Positions 38,774-48,450 of a DNA stretch of 64,000 bases are shown here, piece after piece (position 1 is the stretch's first letter; the number at the start of each line of letters is the position of its first letter). The notes beneath the pieces are model-generated. The model was not told the DNA's origin, did not search any database, and was given only the letters and a program-made list of their open reading frames with translations. The position numbers were made by a program, and so were the translations under genes. The DNA is from an uncultured Gammaproteobacteria bacterium (GTDB lineage Bacteria > Patescibacteriota > Microgenomatia > CAZETR01 > Amesbacteraceae), in contig CAZCXU010000001.1 in NCBI GenBank assembly GCA_964502885.1, forward strand, positions 93,352 to 157,351. The letters run 5' to 3'.

Positions 38774-39203
38774 CAAAAAAGCATATTTTAATTATGAGTT
38801 GGGTGAGCGGATGGAGGCGGGTATTGTGTTGACGGGAGCTGAGGCAAAATCGGCGTTTTTGGGACAAATTGATTTGGATGATGCGTATATTAAAATCCGG
38901 TCGGGGCAGCATAAGGGAATGGAAGCCTGGGTTACCAACATGAAGATATTTCCGTACAAGCATGCGGATAACACCAATTATGATCAGGCGCGGATGCGAA
39001 AACTTTTATTGCATCAAAAAGAGATTCTGGAATTGATGAACAAAATGAAGCAAATGAACAGAATTGTCGTGCCGGTTGCCGCATATACTAAAAGCGGGAG
39101 AATAAAAATTGAGTTGGCGCTGGCTAGAGGCAAAAGAGTTTATGAGAAGAGAGAGAAGATTAAGAAGCGAGATCAGGAAAGGGATGCAGAAAGATTGCAA
39201 TGA
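38760..39203 (+). CDS. smpB: SsrA-binding protein SmpB
   Basis: MKVTSKKAYFNYELGERMEAGIVLTGAEAKS is the SmpB N-terminal signature. Start chosen at the internal ATG (the ORF track begins at 38700). Confidence 0.8.
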   Translation: MKVTSKKAYFNYELGERMEAGIVLTGAEAKSAFLGQIDLDDAYIKIRSGQHKGMEAWVTNMKIFPYKHADNTNYDQARMRKLLLHQKEILELMNKMKQMNRIVVPVAAYTKSGRIKIELALARGKRVYEKREKIKKRDQERDAERLQ

Positions 39204-39841
39204 AAATAGTGGTAGTGCCTGGTTATGGTTTGCCGACTGATATTTTTGCGGATGAAATGTACGAGAAGTATTTTCGGGTAGTAAAGAGAAAGATAAATGA
39301 ATATGGAGATGAAGAGATGCACTTAATTTTTTGTGGAGGAAACACCGATTTGGACCCGCCGTATGTGAGAACTGAAGCGGAAGAAATGAAGAAATTGTGG
39401 GAGCTAAAGTTTGGTAAGCCTAATGTGAAAGTGTGGTTGGAAAAAGAAAGCCTATCGAGTTTAGATAACCAGGTGGGGGCGAAAAAGATAATGGAGACAA
39501 ATGGCTGGAAGGTTTTGCCGCTATTGTTTTGTGAACGAACGCGATTGGAAAGAATTCGGCTGATTGCCAAATGGGTGTATGGGGCTGAAGTGGAAGTGAT
39601 TCCGGTGGATTTATATACTGAAGAGCAATTGAAAGATTTGACGCTGATGACGGCAAAGGAAGAAGCGCAGAAGATGGCAGTACTTTGGGCTATACAAAAT
39701 GAAACGAACTTGAACAAATACAGACAGATGTTTGTGGAGAAATTCAGGATTTTGAGAGAGGCGAAACCGTGGGAGAGGGAAGAAAAATTGAAAGAGATGT
39801 ATGGTGAGATGGCGAGGAATGAACAACCGCAAACCAAATGA
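39200..39841 (+). CDS. DUF218/YdcF-like protein
   Basis: MKIVVVPGYGLPTDIFADEM...IFCGGNTD resembles the YdcF/ElyC fold. Confidence 0.45.
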   Translation: MKIVVVPGYGLPTDIFADEMYEKYFRVVKRKINEYGDEEMHLIFCGGNTDLDPPYVRTEAEEMKKLWELKFGKPNVKVWLEKESLSSLDNQVGAKKIMETNGWKVLPLLFCERTRLERIRLIAKWVYGAEVEVIPVDLYTEEQLKDLTLMTAKEEAQKMAVLWAIQNETNLNKYRQMFVEKFRILREAKPWEREEKLKEMYGEMARNEQPQTK

Positions 39842-39872
39842 GGTGTTTGTTGCGGAAGGCGAAGCCGGAATC

Positions 39873-40166
39873 TTAAATGTCTAGTTTGACGGTGGTATCT
39901 TTTAATGCCTGTTTCATCTGGCTTCTACCAAATCCACTCTTCAGAAATTTTTCCCTTGCTAGAGCGTCCTTTCTGGAAATGAAGTATTCGTAATGAATAA
40001 GTTTTAGTGGTCTTCTAAATTTAGTTGCTGTTACCCGACCTTGTGCGTGGAGAATCAGTCTGTGTTTTAGGTCGGACGTGAACCCAATATACAATCTGTG
40101 GTCTTTTTCACTAAAGAGGATGTAGGTATAAAAACGTTCCTTGGAAACGTCTAACGTTTCACTCAT
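39873..40166 (-). CDS. GIY-YIG nuclease family protein (UPF0213/YhbQ-like)
   Basis: FYTYILFSEKDHRLYIGFTSDLKHRLILH. The ORF track extends to 40202; 40166 is the start inferred from family alignment. Confidence 0.6.
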   Translation of the reverse strand: MSETLDVSKERFYTYILFSEKDHRLYIGFTSDLKHRLILHAQGRVTATKFRRPLKLIHYEYFISRKDALAREKFLKSGFGRSQMKQALKDTTVKLDI

Positions 40167-40240
40167 CAAATATATTATGTGTGTCGCGTCTGACGCGATC
40201 ACCTTGCAAACACGTCTTCTTGCGAAGCCGCGTTTGACGC

Positions 40241-40639
40241 GGTGGAGATGGAGGGAGTTGAACCCTCGTCTGTGTAAGTTTTGAAAACCGGTTTATTACA
40301 AGTTTGTTTGGTATAAAGCTGCCAACAGCTGCTGGTTAGTTGGTCTTTTTTCGATTTAGGATAACCAAAGCCGATCGAAAGCATTCCGATAGGGTTTATC
40401 ACTAAAGAAAAGTTATCGGAAAAACAATTCTTGAGTGTCGGCTTGTCCCTACTTAAGCGTAAAGCATGCGAGGGGCAAACTGAGTGCTGAAGATGGAGTT
40501 GAAAGGATTGACCTTTGCAACAAAACCTTCAACGCGTGCTTTTAAGTTAGCACTTTGTTTTGAATCTGTTTTACGAGTGTGATTCGAACTCGACTTGCCG
40601 ATATTTCAAGGTGCTTATACATCGAAACCCGTCATCCCC
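40241..40639 (-). ncRNA. ssrA: tmRNA (SsrA)
   Basis: Minus-strand 5' end GGGGATGACGGGTTTCGATG and 3' end GAGGGTTCAACTCCCTCCATCTCCACC form the tRNA-Ala-like acceptor with a G3:U wobble, the GGTTCAACTCC T-arm and an encoded CC. An internal short ORF could supply the tag. smpB lies 1 kb away. Confidence 0.7.
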
Positions 40640-40705
40640 GACTAGCCAGGGATTATAGCAATTTGAGGCTGGAAAGTCCAGGCTGCTTGGGTTTATTGTG
40701 AAAGT

Positions 40706-41392
40706 ATGTTGCGGGGGTGGTTGAAAGCACTTTGGGGAGTACTTTTTCCGATCAGGTGTGTGGCCTGTGGTGAGCTGGGGGTTTGGGTGTGCGGGAAGTG
40801 CCAGGTTGGGTTGTGGGAGGAGGAGCAAATTTGCCCAGGGTGCGGACAGGCGAATAAAGGTGGGCTCAGGCACGGGAAGTGTGGCGGACGATCGGACCTT
40901 TTGGGCCTGACAAATATATGGGCGTATGAGGGAATGGCGAAGAAAATAATTACCGTGGCAAAGTATCGAGGTCAGTTCGCGGCCCTGGAGGTATTGTGTG
41001 AATTTGAGATGCAAAGAGATGACTTGGATCGATTCAGAGAGTTTTTGTCCACAAAGCCGATATTAGTGCCTATTCCTTTGTATAAAACCAGGTTTCGGGA
41101 GAGAGGCTTCAACCAGGCGGAAGTGATCGCTGAACTTTTGGCGCAAAAATGGAGTTTGCCTGTAAAGAAGCTGCTAACGCGGGTTCGCGATACTGGGCAT
41201 CAGGCGGGGCGGGAGAGATGGATGAGGATGGTGAGCATCAGGGAAGCATTTCAGGTGAGCGCAAAGGGTACCGTGGCCTCAATAGTGCTGGTAGACGATG
41301 TGTGGACTACGGGAGCTACTATGAATGAGGCGGCCAGAGAGTTGTCGAAAGCGGGTTTTAAACGGATTTGGGGACTTGTACTGGCGCATTGA
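40706..41392 (+). CDS. comF: ComF/GntX-family competence protein (phosphoribosyltransferase domain)
   Basis: N-terminal Cys4 zinc finger CVACGELGVWVCGKC...CPGCG, and a C-terminal PRTase motif VLVDDVWTTGAT. Confidence 0.75.
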   Translation: MLRGWLKALWGVLFPIRCVACGELGVWVCGKCQVGLWEEEQICPGCGQANKGGLRHGKCGGRSDLLGLTNIWAYEGMAKKIITVAKYRGQFAALEVLCEFEMQRDDLDRFREFLSTKPILVPIPLYKTRFRERGFNQAEVIAELLAQKWSLPVKKLLTRVRDTGHQAGRERWMRMVSIREAFQVSAKGTVASIVLVDDVWTTGATMNEAARELSKAGFKRIWGLVLAH

Positions 41393-42560
41393 CGGGTTGG
41401 GTGACAAAAGCCTTGAGGAATGCCAGGGCGAATGGATCTGGCTCCTGAGGGATTGCTCCTTCTGGCAATTGCGGAACAGTGCTTGGTGGTAGCTCGGGAC
41501 GGGGTATGGGGGCTGTCAGTTCCGGAGTGGGGGTAGTGGGGGGTGGTCCGAGCTCGGATGAATTTGATTGAGCAGTTGTAGTGGGGTTGTTTTCGGACTT
41601 GGGATTGTCTGTGGTTGTTGTGGTGGTGGGTTTGGCTTCAGCAGCTGGCGTAGCGGGGGAAGATGCTTCGGATGGTAGAGCCGGAATGTTTGGGATGGTG
41701 ACTTTTAGCCCCAAATCTTCGATGGCTTTCTGGATGCTTTTTGCCCGAAGAATAGTACCAGCTATTTGGGCATATTCTGCACCATTTTGCATTGAGGAAG
41801 CTGAACCTGAGAAGTCTCCTGCAGCGGCGCGGCCTATTGAAGAGATAATTCCAAGTAAAGCAATGAGTAAGAGCATGAGGGCGTAGGCCTCGGCGGATTT
41901 GTAATTTGATTCTGGATCCTTGTTTTTTATGATGTCAGTAAGTGCGCGTACAACCTGATTTTCAGGGGCGGTGCTGTTTTCGGTGATGATGATCACTTGC
42001 TCGGCTACTGCAGGGAGTGCGGCAGCTGCTAATTGGTCCGGGGTGGTTGCTGGGTTATGGTAAATCTCGGTGAGTGAAGAGAGACCGGCGGTAACCGCAT
42101 TGTCCATCTGTGCTTCCGGTATGATGTTAACCACCGACTGGGCCGCAGAATACTCCGCAGGTTTTGGTTTTTTGGCGAGAGAATCATAAGCATTGTTGAT
42201 GATTTTCATGGCCTCTAAAGCTGCTGGGTCGTTATTTGTGTCCGGATGCCAGCGGCGGGCAGCATCGAAAAAGGCTGAGCGTATCTGATCCGTGGTGGCA
42301 TTTTTTGGAAGACCAAGAATCTCATACGGATCTTGGCCATTCAGGTTTATTTCTGGCTTATTGGGTTTTTGAGCTTGTTCCTGGTTGGCGCGAGGTTGAG
42401 ATTCCGGAGTTGGTGCACGTTGTTCTTTTGGTGTAGTTGGATTTTGATTAATAGTGGAAGATTCGATAGGAGGGGTAAGATTTGAAATAGGGGGGGCTTC
42501 AGTGCCGCTGGCAATTTTATTGAGGACATCGGCAATGGCAGGAGGGGGAAACTCACTCAT
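41358..42560 (-). CDS. DnaJ (J-domain) protein with long Pro/Ala/Thr-rich low-complexity regions
   Basis: J-domain DPYEILGLPKNATTDQIRSAFFDAARRWHPDTNND. No zinc-finger or C-terminal DnaJ domains. Confidence 0.55.
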   Translation of the reverse strand: MSEFPPPAIADVLNKIASGTEAPPISNLTPPIESSTINQNPTTPKEQRAPTPESQPRANQEQAQKPNKPEINLNGQDPYEILGLPKNATTDQIRSAFFDAARRWHPDTNNDPAALEAMKIINNAYDSLAKKPKPAEYSAAQSVVNIIPEAQMDNAVTAGLSSLTEIYHNPATTPDQLAAAALPAVAEQVIIITENSTAPENQVVRALTDIIKNKDPESNYKSAEAYALMLLLIALLGIISSIGRAAAGDFSGSASSMQNGAEYAQIAGTILRAKSIQKAIEDLGLKVTIPNIPALPSEASSPATPAAEAKPTTTTTTDNPKSENNPTTTAQSNSSELGPPPTTPTPELTAPIPRPELPPSTVPQLPEGAIPQEPDPFALAFLKAFVTQPVNAPVQVPKSV

Positions 42561-42625
42561 TTATTGATACTAAGTCTAGCATTATTTGGTTTTTGGGGCA
42601 TGATCTGAGAAAATGTGTGGGCTTG

Positions 42626-42709
42626 GAGGATATCCCGAACGGCTGAGGGAATGGTTTGCTAAACCATGAAGGCGCAAGTCTTCGGTGGGTTCGACTCCCA
42701 CATCCTCCG
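42626..42709 (+). tRNA. tRNA-Ser (anticodon GCT)
   Basis: Acceptor GGAGGAT/ATCCTCC, anticodon loop TTGCTAA, long variable arm, T-arm GGTTCGACTCC. Confidence 0.7.
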
Positions 42710-42974
42710 CAAATGAGATTATTAAATAAGAAATCATTATTACTAATATTGCTGGGTGGGATTTTTTACTTGTCATTTTATGTGTTTGGTTTGCTACATC
42801 GTATTGGGTTTCCTATTACACATCCCATTTATGCAGATTGTATTGGACACAAAAGGGTGTTTGAAGATTCAAGGGGTATAAGAAGAGTCGCGTGCTATGG
42901 ATTTATATACAACATCTGGCTTGAGTAAAGGGTTTTTTAGTTGTATTACAATTTGTTGTTTTTGGGGATGTGGG

Positions 42975-43095
42975 CGGAAGGGGCGAATATTGAACTTCGT
43001 TCAAGAATCTCGCAAGACAGCGGAAGGGGCGAGATGGTGTGCGGTGCTTCGCATCCTCCGTTATCTCGCACTCTTTCTTCGCAGCGGAGCTGCTG
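42975..43095 (-). repeat. Two degenerate partial copies of the tRNA-Ser(TGA) 3' end
   Basis: CGGAAGGGGCGA at 42975 and 43011 repeats the tRNA 3' acceptor/T-arm sequence at 43096. The 42975 copy extends to ...ATATTGAACTTCG, against the genuine ...GATTCGAACTCGCG. Confidence 0.5.
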
Positions 43096-43181
43096 CGGAA
43101 GGGGCGAGATTCGAACTCGCGAGGGTGTTGCCACCCTAGAGGTTTTCAAGACCTCCGCACTCGACCACTATGCGACCCTTC
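43096..43181 (-). tRNA. tRNA-Ser (anticodon TGA)
   Basis: Reverse complement GGAAGGGTCGCATAGTGGTCGAGTGCGGAGGTCTTGAAAACCTC...GTTCGAATCTCGCCCCTTCCG, with a long variable arm. Confidence 0.75.
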
Positions 43182-43216
43182 CTAGTGCAAATTAGCCTCC
43201 AAAATTATACCATTCA

Positions 43217-43741
43217 GTGTGCTATATTAGATTTATGGTTGAGGAAAATGTTGTGGAGCAGGAAAAAGTTTTGTTGACTTGGGAGGCAGAGAGTCGACCC
43301 TACAATCCAATTGATGAACAGACGAGGCCGGTAGTGCTCGTGTTGGCGGTGCTAGTAGGAATAGTGCTGCTTTTCACCGGCGAGACTATGATAATGATAG
43401 TGTTGGGATCATTAGCTTTTTTGTATGTGGTCTGGAATAAAAACCCGCCGGAAAAGATGGAGTTTACGATTACAAATAAGGGAATAAGAGCTTTTGATAG
43501 GGTGTATATGTGGTGGGAATTCGGGAGGTGGTGGATTGAAGAGAAGCAGAGCGGCAAAGTTCTGATATTGGAGATGATTTCCGGGTTAGTGGGTAGATTG
43601 TACTTGCCTTTGGAGGAGAGAAAGTCTGAAGATGTTAAAAAAGTAATGTCGAAGTATCTGGTATTTGATCAGCCACAAGATACGGCTGCTGACAAACTAG
43701 CAAGGTGGGTGGGGGAGAAGTTTCCTTTGAGAAATAGTTAG
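43217..43741 (+). CDS. hypothetical membrane protein
   Basis: 174-aa ORF with two TM helices near the N-terminus. Confidence 0.4.
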   Translation: MCYIRFMVEENVVEQEKVLLTWEAESRPYNPIDEQTRPVVLVLAVLVGIVLLFTGETMIMIVLGSLAFLYVVWNKNPPEKMEFTITNKGIRAFDRVYMWWEFGRWWIEEKQSGKVLILEMISGLVGRLYLPLEERKSEDVKKVMSKYLVFDQPQDTAADKLARWVGEKFPLRNS

Positions 43742-43797
43742 TGATCCTAAGTGACAAGGTGGAAGAGGTAGCGCTGATTGTGGGTGTGGGGGTTGTG

Positions 43798-46476
43798 TCA
43801 ATTGACAACAGATGACACATCAACGACGTAAAAGCCTTTCTCGTTTGGTTCAATATTGCCATATAAGGTAATGGGTTGTCCGGAACCATTATTTTTAGTG
43901 GCGGTAATTTTTACTCCAGAGGTTGTTTTTTCTGCTAATAGGTTGTAATTTCTGTCGCCGTTTTTAGAATAGCTGACATATATACTTGATTTGGTCTTGG
44001 TGTTGAAAAAAACGTAAGCATACATTTTGGACACTGCGGGGTTGGAATCGCCAATGATCAGTATTTCTCCTTCTTTCAAAAAGACCGGATAATCCAAACT
44101 TCCCGAGGAGGATGCAATTGGAACATATTGATAGCTTCTATCTCCTTCAAGATATTTGACACCCTTTGTACGGGGGTTGGAGATCAACGGAAGCCAGTTT
44201 CCTTCAGGAAAGTAGACATTCAGACTGTCTGCGTTTTTAACGAATACCGGCCTGACTAACAAAGCCTTGCCAAACATATATTCATTTTTGGGCTGGGAGG
44301 GACTTGTCATTTCACTGTACTGAGCATTAGCTTTGGGATCGTTTGGATAATCAAACACGAGAGGTCTCATTAAGTGAGAGGTTTTCTCTTCGTAGCCCAG
44401 AGAAGCGTAATCAAATGCATAACGTTGGAGGCGCTGTCTCATTTGCATATTCCAAATAACGATATTTTGTAAGTGTGTATCCGGACCAGTGTCGTTTGAC
44501 AGACTGCCAGTTCTAAGCCGCCAGTAGCCAGGGGAAAACATGGTGACGGGAAACCAGGTTGCCAGTTGGTGTTGTCTGACAAAATGGACTTTTTCGTTTT
44601 CGTCATAGTAGTTTGATATCTGGCCGTTGTCATACTTTCCGACAATACCCCAATTTGTTTGCAGGGGAATACCTGATAGGACAGTGTTGATTGCCATGTC
44701 TGTGCAGTACTTGAATTTATAGATATTGGTACTGACGGACGAATAATTCGGATCTGGATAGTGAGGGGCCCAATAGTCTGTCGAGGTGCAAAGATTGTAA
44801 AATGCATCAGTCTGCGAGAACCAGTTGTTTGGAGTAAAGATTAAAAAGTTTGAACCGTATTGTTGATAATAAGTTTCGAATGGGAGTTTGAAAGCGTCAT
44901 CCCTGTCGTTTTTCAGCTTGCTCCTATCAAATATTGGAGTAGGAGTCGGGGTCGGTTTTGCTGAGAGGTGGGCGATATATCCTTTGTTGTCTGAAACGCG
45001 CATATCATCGTATTTAAATCCGCCAAACGTTTTGTTTGGATCTGTCGATCCGTATGCGCTTTTTAGCAGGGACGTCCATTTTGTTACCACGTCCACATCA
45101 AATACGTTTAATTGATAGTGGTATTTTTGCTTGGTCGTCTGGTTGTAGGTGAAGGTATCACCGTTATAGTAAACAGCTGGAGTTTGAGGAGAGTTCGAAA
45201 CGGTCAACAGAGTCTTGTCTATGGGCATACCGAATTTTGAGGAAACCACGGAAATGTTTGAGTTGTTTATGTCTCCCGGTTGTATCTGCGGTCTCATCCC
45301 CAGAATTGGGATTATCCCTTTGCTTCGAATTTTTGAGAATACATCAGCCAGTCCTGATGGGAATCTGGTTGTATTTTGAGCAAAGGCATCTGTTGCGGCT
45401 GTAAGCATTCTTTCGTCTCCACCGAGCCTGCAACCCACTGAAGCGCTATCGCTAATTCCTTTCCACCACCCTGATCCCAAAGTAAGAGTTGAGAGCTTAA
45501 TATTTTTCGAAGAGTAAAGGTTGACTATGCTGTTGCTGGCGTCGATAACAGTGGAGGCTGTTGGAGCGCATCCAAGTTCCTGGAACGTTTCCCAATTGTT
45601 GCCAAACGTCGCGTACTTCGGTTTTACGTTTAAAAAATTATTTCTGTCTAGATAGGCGAAGTATTTTGAGTAGGCATCCGCAAAAGAGGTCCCCTTTATG
45701 ATTACCAGTGGAGCAGATGACCCCTCCGGATAGAGGTGGTGTTTTTTAAATACTAAGCAAGTTTTGCCTTGTGGGCAATTAAACGCCTCACTGGGATTTT
45801 TGTTTACATTGCGTGTCAGCCTTAACATTTTCACTTCTGGTTGGACGTAAAAGATTATGAGAGACGCACTTGGGATGCTAATAATAGGTGTTCGCCCCCT
45901 GATAGCGTCGCCGTTCCATAGTTCCATTGTTTGGGATTGATTGTTGGAAAGACGGTTGGTTATTTCGTGTCCAAAGCCAAAGTTGGTATCAAGGAAGTCG
46001 TCTAGCTCGGCTTTATTTGATTTGAAAGGTGTTACGCCAAGACCAAATATTTTTGCAGTTGTGCCGCTAATGTGGATTTCGTATCTATCCACTTCACATC
46101 CTGTGGAGCCTAACACACAACTGGAGGAGCCGTTTCTGACGATAAAGCTATTGTTTGCTCCCTTTTCTATTGTGGCGGGGGCTTTTAACTCATAGACGCC
46201 GTTATCGATTTTATTAACAATTGTGTTGGGGGGAGGAGTAATGACCGTTTGGGTGTCGAGTTGGGCCTGGTAAATGGTGGAATTACCGGTTATGGCCGCT
46301 TTGGTTTGGGAGTTTGTTTGGTTTTTTATTGAGACAATTGTCGCAACAAATAAAGCACAGAGACCAACCAGCGATACCAGTGAAGCGAACAGAAACTTTT
46401 TCCTGGTTTGTTTGGGGGGAGTTGAGATTGGTTGTGTTTCCTGAAATATTTCTGGTGGGTTTTCGCTTTGATCCAT
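43798..46476 (-). CDS. large membrane-anchored extracellular protein (892 aa), possibly a glycan-active enzyme
   Basis: N-terminal anchor KKFLFASLVSLVGLCALFVATIV. Long Asn/Thr/Ser-rich ectodomain with a PTPTPTP linker. Confidence 0.5.
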   Translation of the reverse strand: MDQSENPPEIFQETQPISTPPKQTRKKFLFASLVSLVGLCALFVATIVSIKNQTNSQTKAAITGNSTIYQAQLDTQTVITPPPNTIVNKIDNGVYELKAPATIEKGANNSFIVRNGSSSCVLGSTGCEVDRYEIHISGTTAKIFGLGVTPFKSNKAELDDFLDTNFGFGHEITNRLSNNQSQTMELWNGDAIRGRTPIISIPSASLIIFYVQPEVKMLRLTRNVNKNPSEAFNCPQGKTCLVFKKHHLYPEGSSAPLVIIKGTSFADAYSKYFAYLDRNNFLNVKPKYATFGNNWETFQELGCAPTASTVIDASNSIVNLYSSKNIKLSTLTLGSGWWKGISDSASVGCRLGGDERMLTAATDAFAQNTTRFPSGLADVFSKIRSKGIIPILGMRPQIQPGDINNSNISVVSSKFGMPIDKTLLTVSNSPQTPAVYYNGDTFTYNQTTKQKYHYQLNVFDVDVVTKWTSLLKSAYGSTDPNKTFGGFKYDDMRVSDNKGYIAHLSAKPTPTPTPIFDRSKLKNDRDDAFKLPFETYYQQYGSNFLIFTPNNWFSQTDAFYNLCTSTDYWAPHYPDPNYSSVSTNIYKFKYCTDMAINTVLSGIPLQTNWGIVGKYDNGQISNYYDENEKVHFVRQHQLATWFPVTMFSPGYWRLRTGSLSNDTGPDTHLQNIVIWNMQMRQRLQRYAFDYASLGYEEKTSHLMRPLVFDYPNDPKANAQYSEMTSPSQPKNEYMFGKALLVRPVFVKNADSLNVYFPEGNWLPLISNPRTKGVKYLEGDRSYQYVPIASSSGSLDYPVFLKEGEILIIGDSNPAVSKMYAYVFFNTKTKSSIYVSYSKNGDRNYNLLAEKTTSGVKITATKNNGSGQPITLYGNIEPNEKGFYVVDVSSVVN

Positions 46477-46587
46477 TTCTTACTTCGGTAAGCTTAGGCG
46501 TTGTTAATTTATATGTCAACCTTCCGCATTATTTGGACAGTAGAGAGTGGCGTATACAATTTGTATTCTAGTTTTGGAGATTGTTTG

Positions 46588-46659
46588 TGCCCTCAGTAGG
46601 AATTGAACCTACATCAACAGTTCCGGAAACTGCTACTCTATCCGTTGAGCTATGAGGGC
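46588..46659 (-). tRNA. tRNA-Arg (anticodon CCG)
   Basis: Reverse complement GCCCTCATAGCTCAACGGATAGAGTAGCAGTTTCCGGAACTGTTGATGTAGGTTCAATTCCTACTGAGGGCA. Confidence 0.7.
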
Positions 46660-46686
46660 CTTTTTGACGGATTACGTTTGATTTTA

Positions 46687-47886
46687 TCAGCATAATCTAT
46701 CGTAAATCTCTTCGAGAGCATCTGTCATGGAGTCAGTGGTATATTTCTGAGCGTCTTTTGCTGCCTGTTGGCCGATGCGTCTTTGTAGTGAGGTGTCGGA
46801 CATGAGTTTTTCAAGAAGGCCGGCAAGGGCTTCGGGGTTTTGTGGATCAACCAGAAATCCGTTGTAGTTGTCTTTGATGTATTCTGTGGGACCTCCGGTG
46901 TTTGAAGAGATTACTACTTTTCCTGTGGCCATCGCTTCCAAATACATGAGGCCGAATGTCTCGTAGAGGGATGGAACACAAACAATGTCGCTGCCAGCGT
47001 AATATTCTGGCATATCGTCGGGATCAATCGTGTCAATAAAACTGACGTTGGATTTGACACCTGTTTTAGAGAGTTGCGTGTCCAGTGAACTTTTTGCGGC
47101 GGCAACCACTTCGTTTCCGTAGACTTCATTGAAAATACTCACAAACTGATAATTGGTGATACCCTTTGTTGCCAAATGTCCGAGGGCATCAAACACTAAT
47201 CGGAGGTTTTTTTGTTTGTTCAGGTTTCCCGTGGTGAGACTGAACAGGCGAGCAGGGCTAAACAGAATGGTTTGATCAGGCAGAGTACGAAATTTTTGCA
47301 TAACGGGTGAAGGAAGAGCCGATGAAAACTTTTTTACATCTATACCGTTATAAACTGTGGAGATCTTTTTCGCATTTGTGCCCAATTTCAACCATTCGTT
47401 TTTTACGAAATTACTGACACAAATCAAGTGATTCCAAGGGAGATCGCGGAGCGGTTTGGTGATTTCAGGATCTTTTAACTGGGCGTTGTGGGCGTGTTCG
47501 ACAATGGGGAGCGAAAACCCTAGTAGATGAGAGAAAATTGTGAGGATATTATCGACACCAATAGATTTGTCTGCAGAGCCGGATGGGTACGAGCCATTGT
47601 GAAAGTGAATCAGGTCCGGTTTAAGCTGGCTGATGATCTTTGAGAGATCGGCACAAGCAGTTGGCTTATCAATGGGATTTCGTGAGTCAATATATTTTCT
47701 ACGAAACACCCTAATGCCAAAAATGTATTTCTCGTTTTCTGCCGCATCGCTAAGGACGGAGGTAAGAACCGAAACATGATGTCCCCGTCTGACCAATTCT
47801 CTGGCTTGGTTAAGAAGAATGGTTTCAGCGCCTCCGACTTTTGGGTAGAACAACCAACCAACAAAAAGGATCCTTTTAGGATTCAT
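46687..47886 (-). CDS. glycosyltransferase family 1/4 (GT-B)
   Basis: 399 aa with an EX7E-type C-terminal motif region (GLMYLEAMATGKVVISSNTGGPTEYI). Confidence 0.7.
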   Translation of the reverse strand: MNPKRILFVGWLFYPKVGGAETILLNQARELVRRGHHVSVLTSVLSDAAENEKYIFGIRVFRRKYIDSRNPIDKPTACADLSKIISQLKPDLIHFHNGSYPSGSADKSIGVDNILTIFSHLLGFSLPIVEHAHNAQLKDPEITKPLRDLPWNHLICVSNFVKNEWLKLGTNAKKISTVYNGIDVKKFSSALPSPVMQKFRTLPDQTILFSPARLFSLTTGNLNKQKNLRLVFDALGHLATKGITNYQFVSIFNEVYGNEVVAAAKSSLDTQLSKTGVKSNVSFIDTIDPDDMPEYYAGSDIVCVPSLYETFGLMYLEAMATGKVVISSNTGGPTEYIKDNYNGFLVDPQNPEALAGLLEKLMSDTSLQRRIGQQAAKDAQKYTTDSMTDALEEIYDRLC

Positions 47887-48450
47887 AATGAAGATCGAGT
47901 TCTATTAAATCATTGTGAGAGAAATCCGGACGCGGCGAATTACCAATTTTTTCGGCTATCAAACGATTAAACATTGCATGACCCACCAATAAAACATTTT
48001 GATTTTTAATTTTTTTCAAAAATTCTTTGAGCTGGTTAATACGACTGATGAGCGTTTGAATATTTTCTCCGCCGGTGAAGCTCCAATCGTCAGAAATCAA
48101 TGATTGGGAGCGGGAATAGTCTTTGGGGAAGGAGTTGGCTGCCGCTGATGGGGTAAGGCCGCTAAGAACTCCAAAATCCACTTCGTTTAGCAAGGAAGTT
48201 TGTTCGATGGGAACACTTTTTTTGTATATTTTTTCCTGCTGGCGCTGAATGATTAATGCGGTGGCCAAACTCCTTTTTAATGTACTGCTGATTATTGTGT
48301 CGAGTTCGATAAACTCGGTAATTTTTTGGGCAAAAACTCTTAAACCCGCGATGCCGGTCGGATGTAATTCGGTATCTAACCTACTACCCGCAAAGACTCC
48401 GTTTAAATTGTGAGTAGATTTTCCATGACGGATCAGGAGAAATGACATTA
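47876..48450 (-). CDS. histidine phosphatase (phosphoglycerate mutase-like) family protein
   Basis: Catalytic RHG motif in MSFLLIRHGKSTHN. The start is taken at the internal Met abutting the upstream stop; the ORF track extends to 48679. Confidence 0.5.

Noticed and set aside
40199-40402. 67-aa minus-strand ORF
   Set aside because: It lies entirely within the tmRNA gene. The RNA structure explains the sequence.
42656-42928. 90-aa plus-strand ORF beginning inside tRNA-Ser(GCT)
   Set aside because: The first third overlaps the tRNA. Only a possible 71-aa hydrophobic peptide from the ATG at 42713 remains, without RBS or homology support. Too weak to call.
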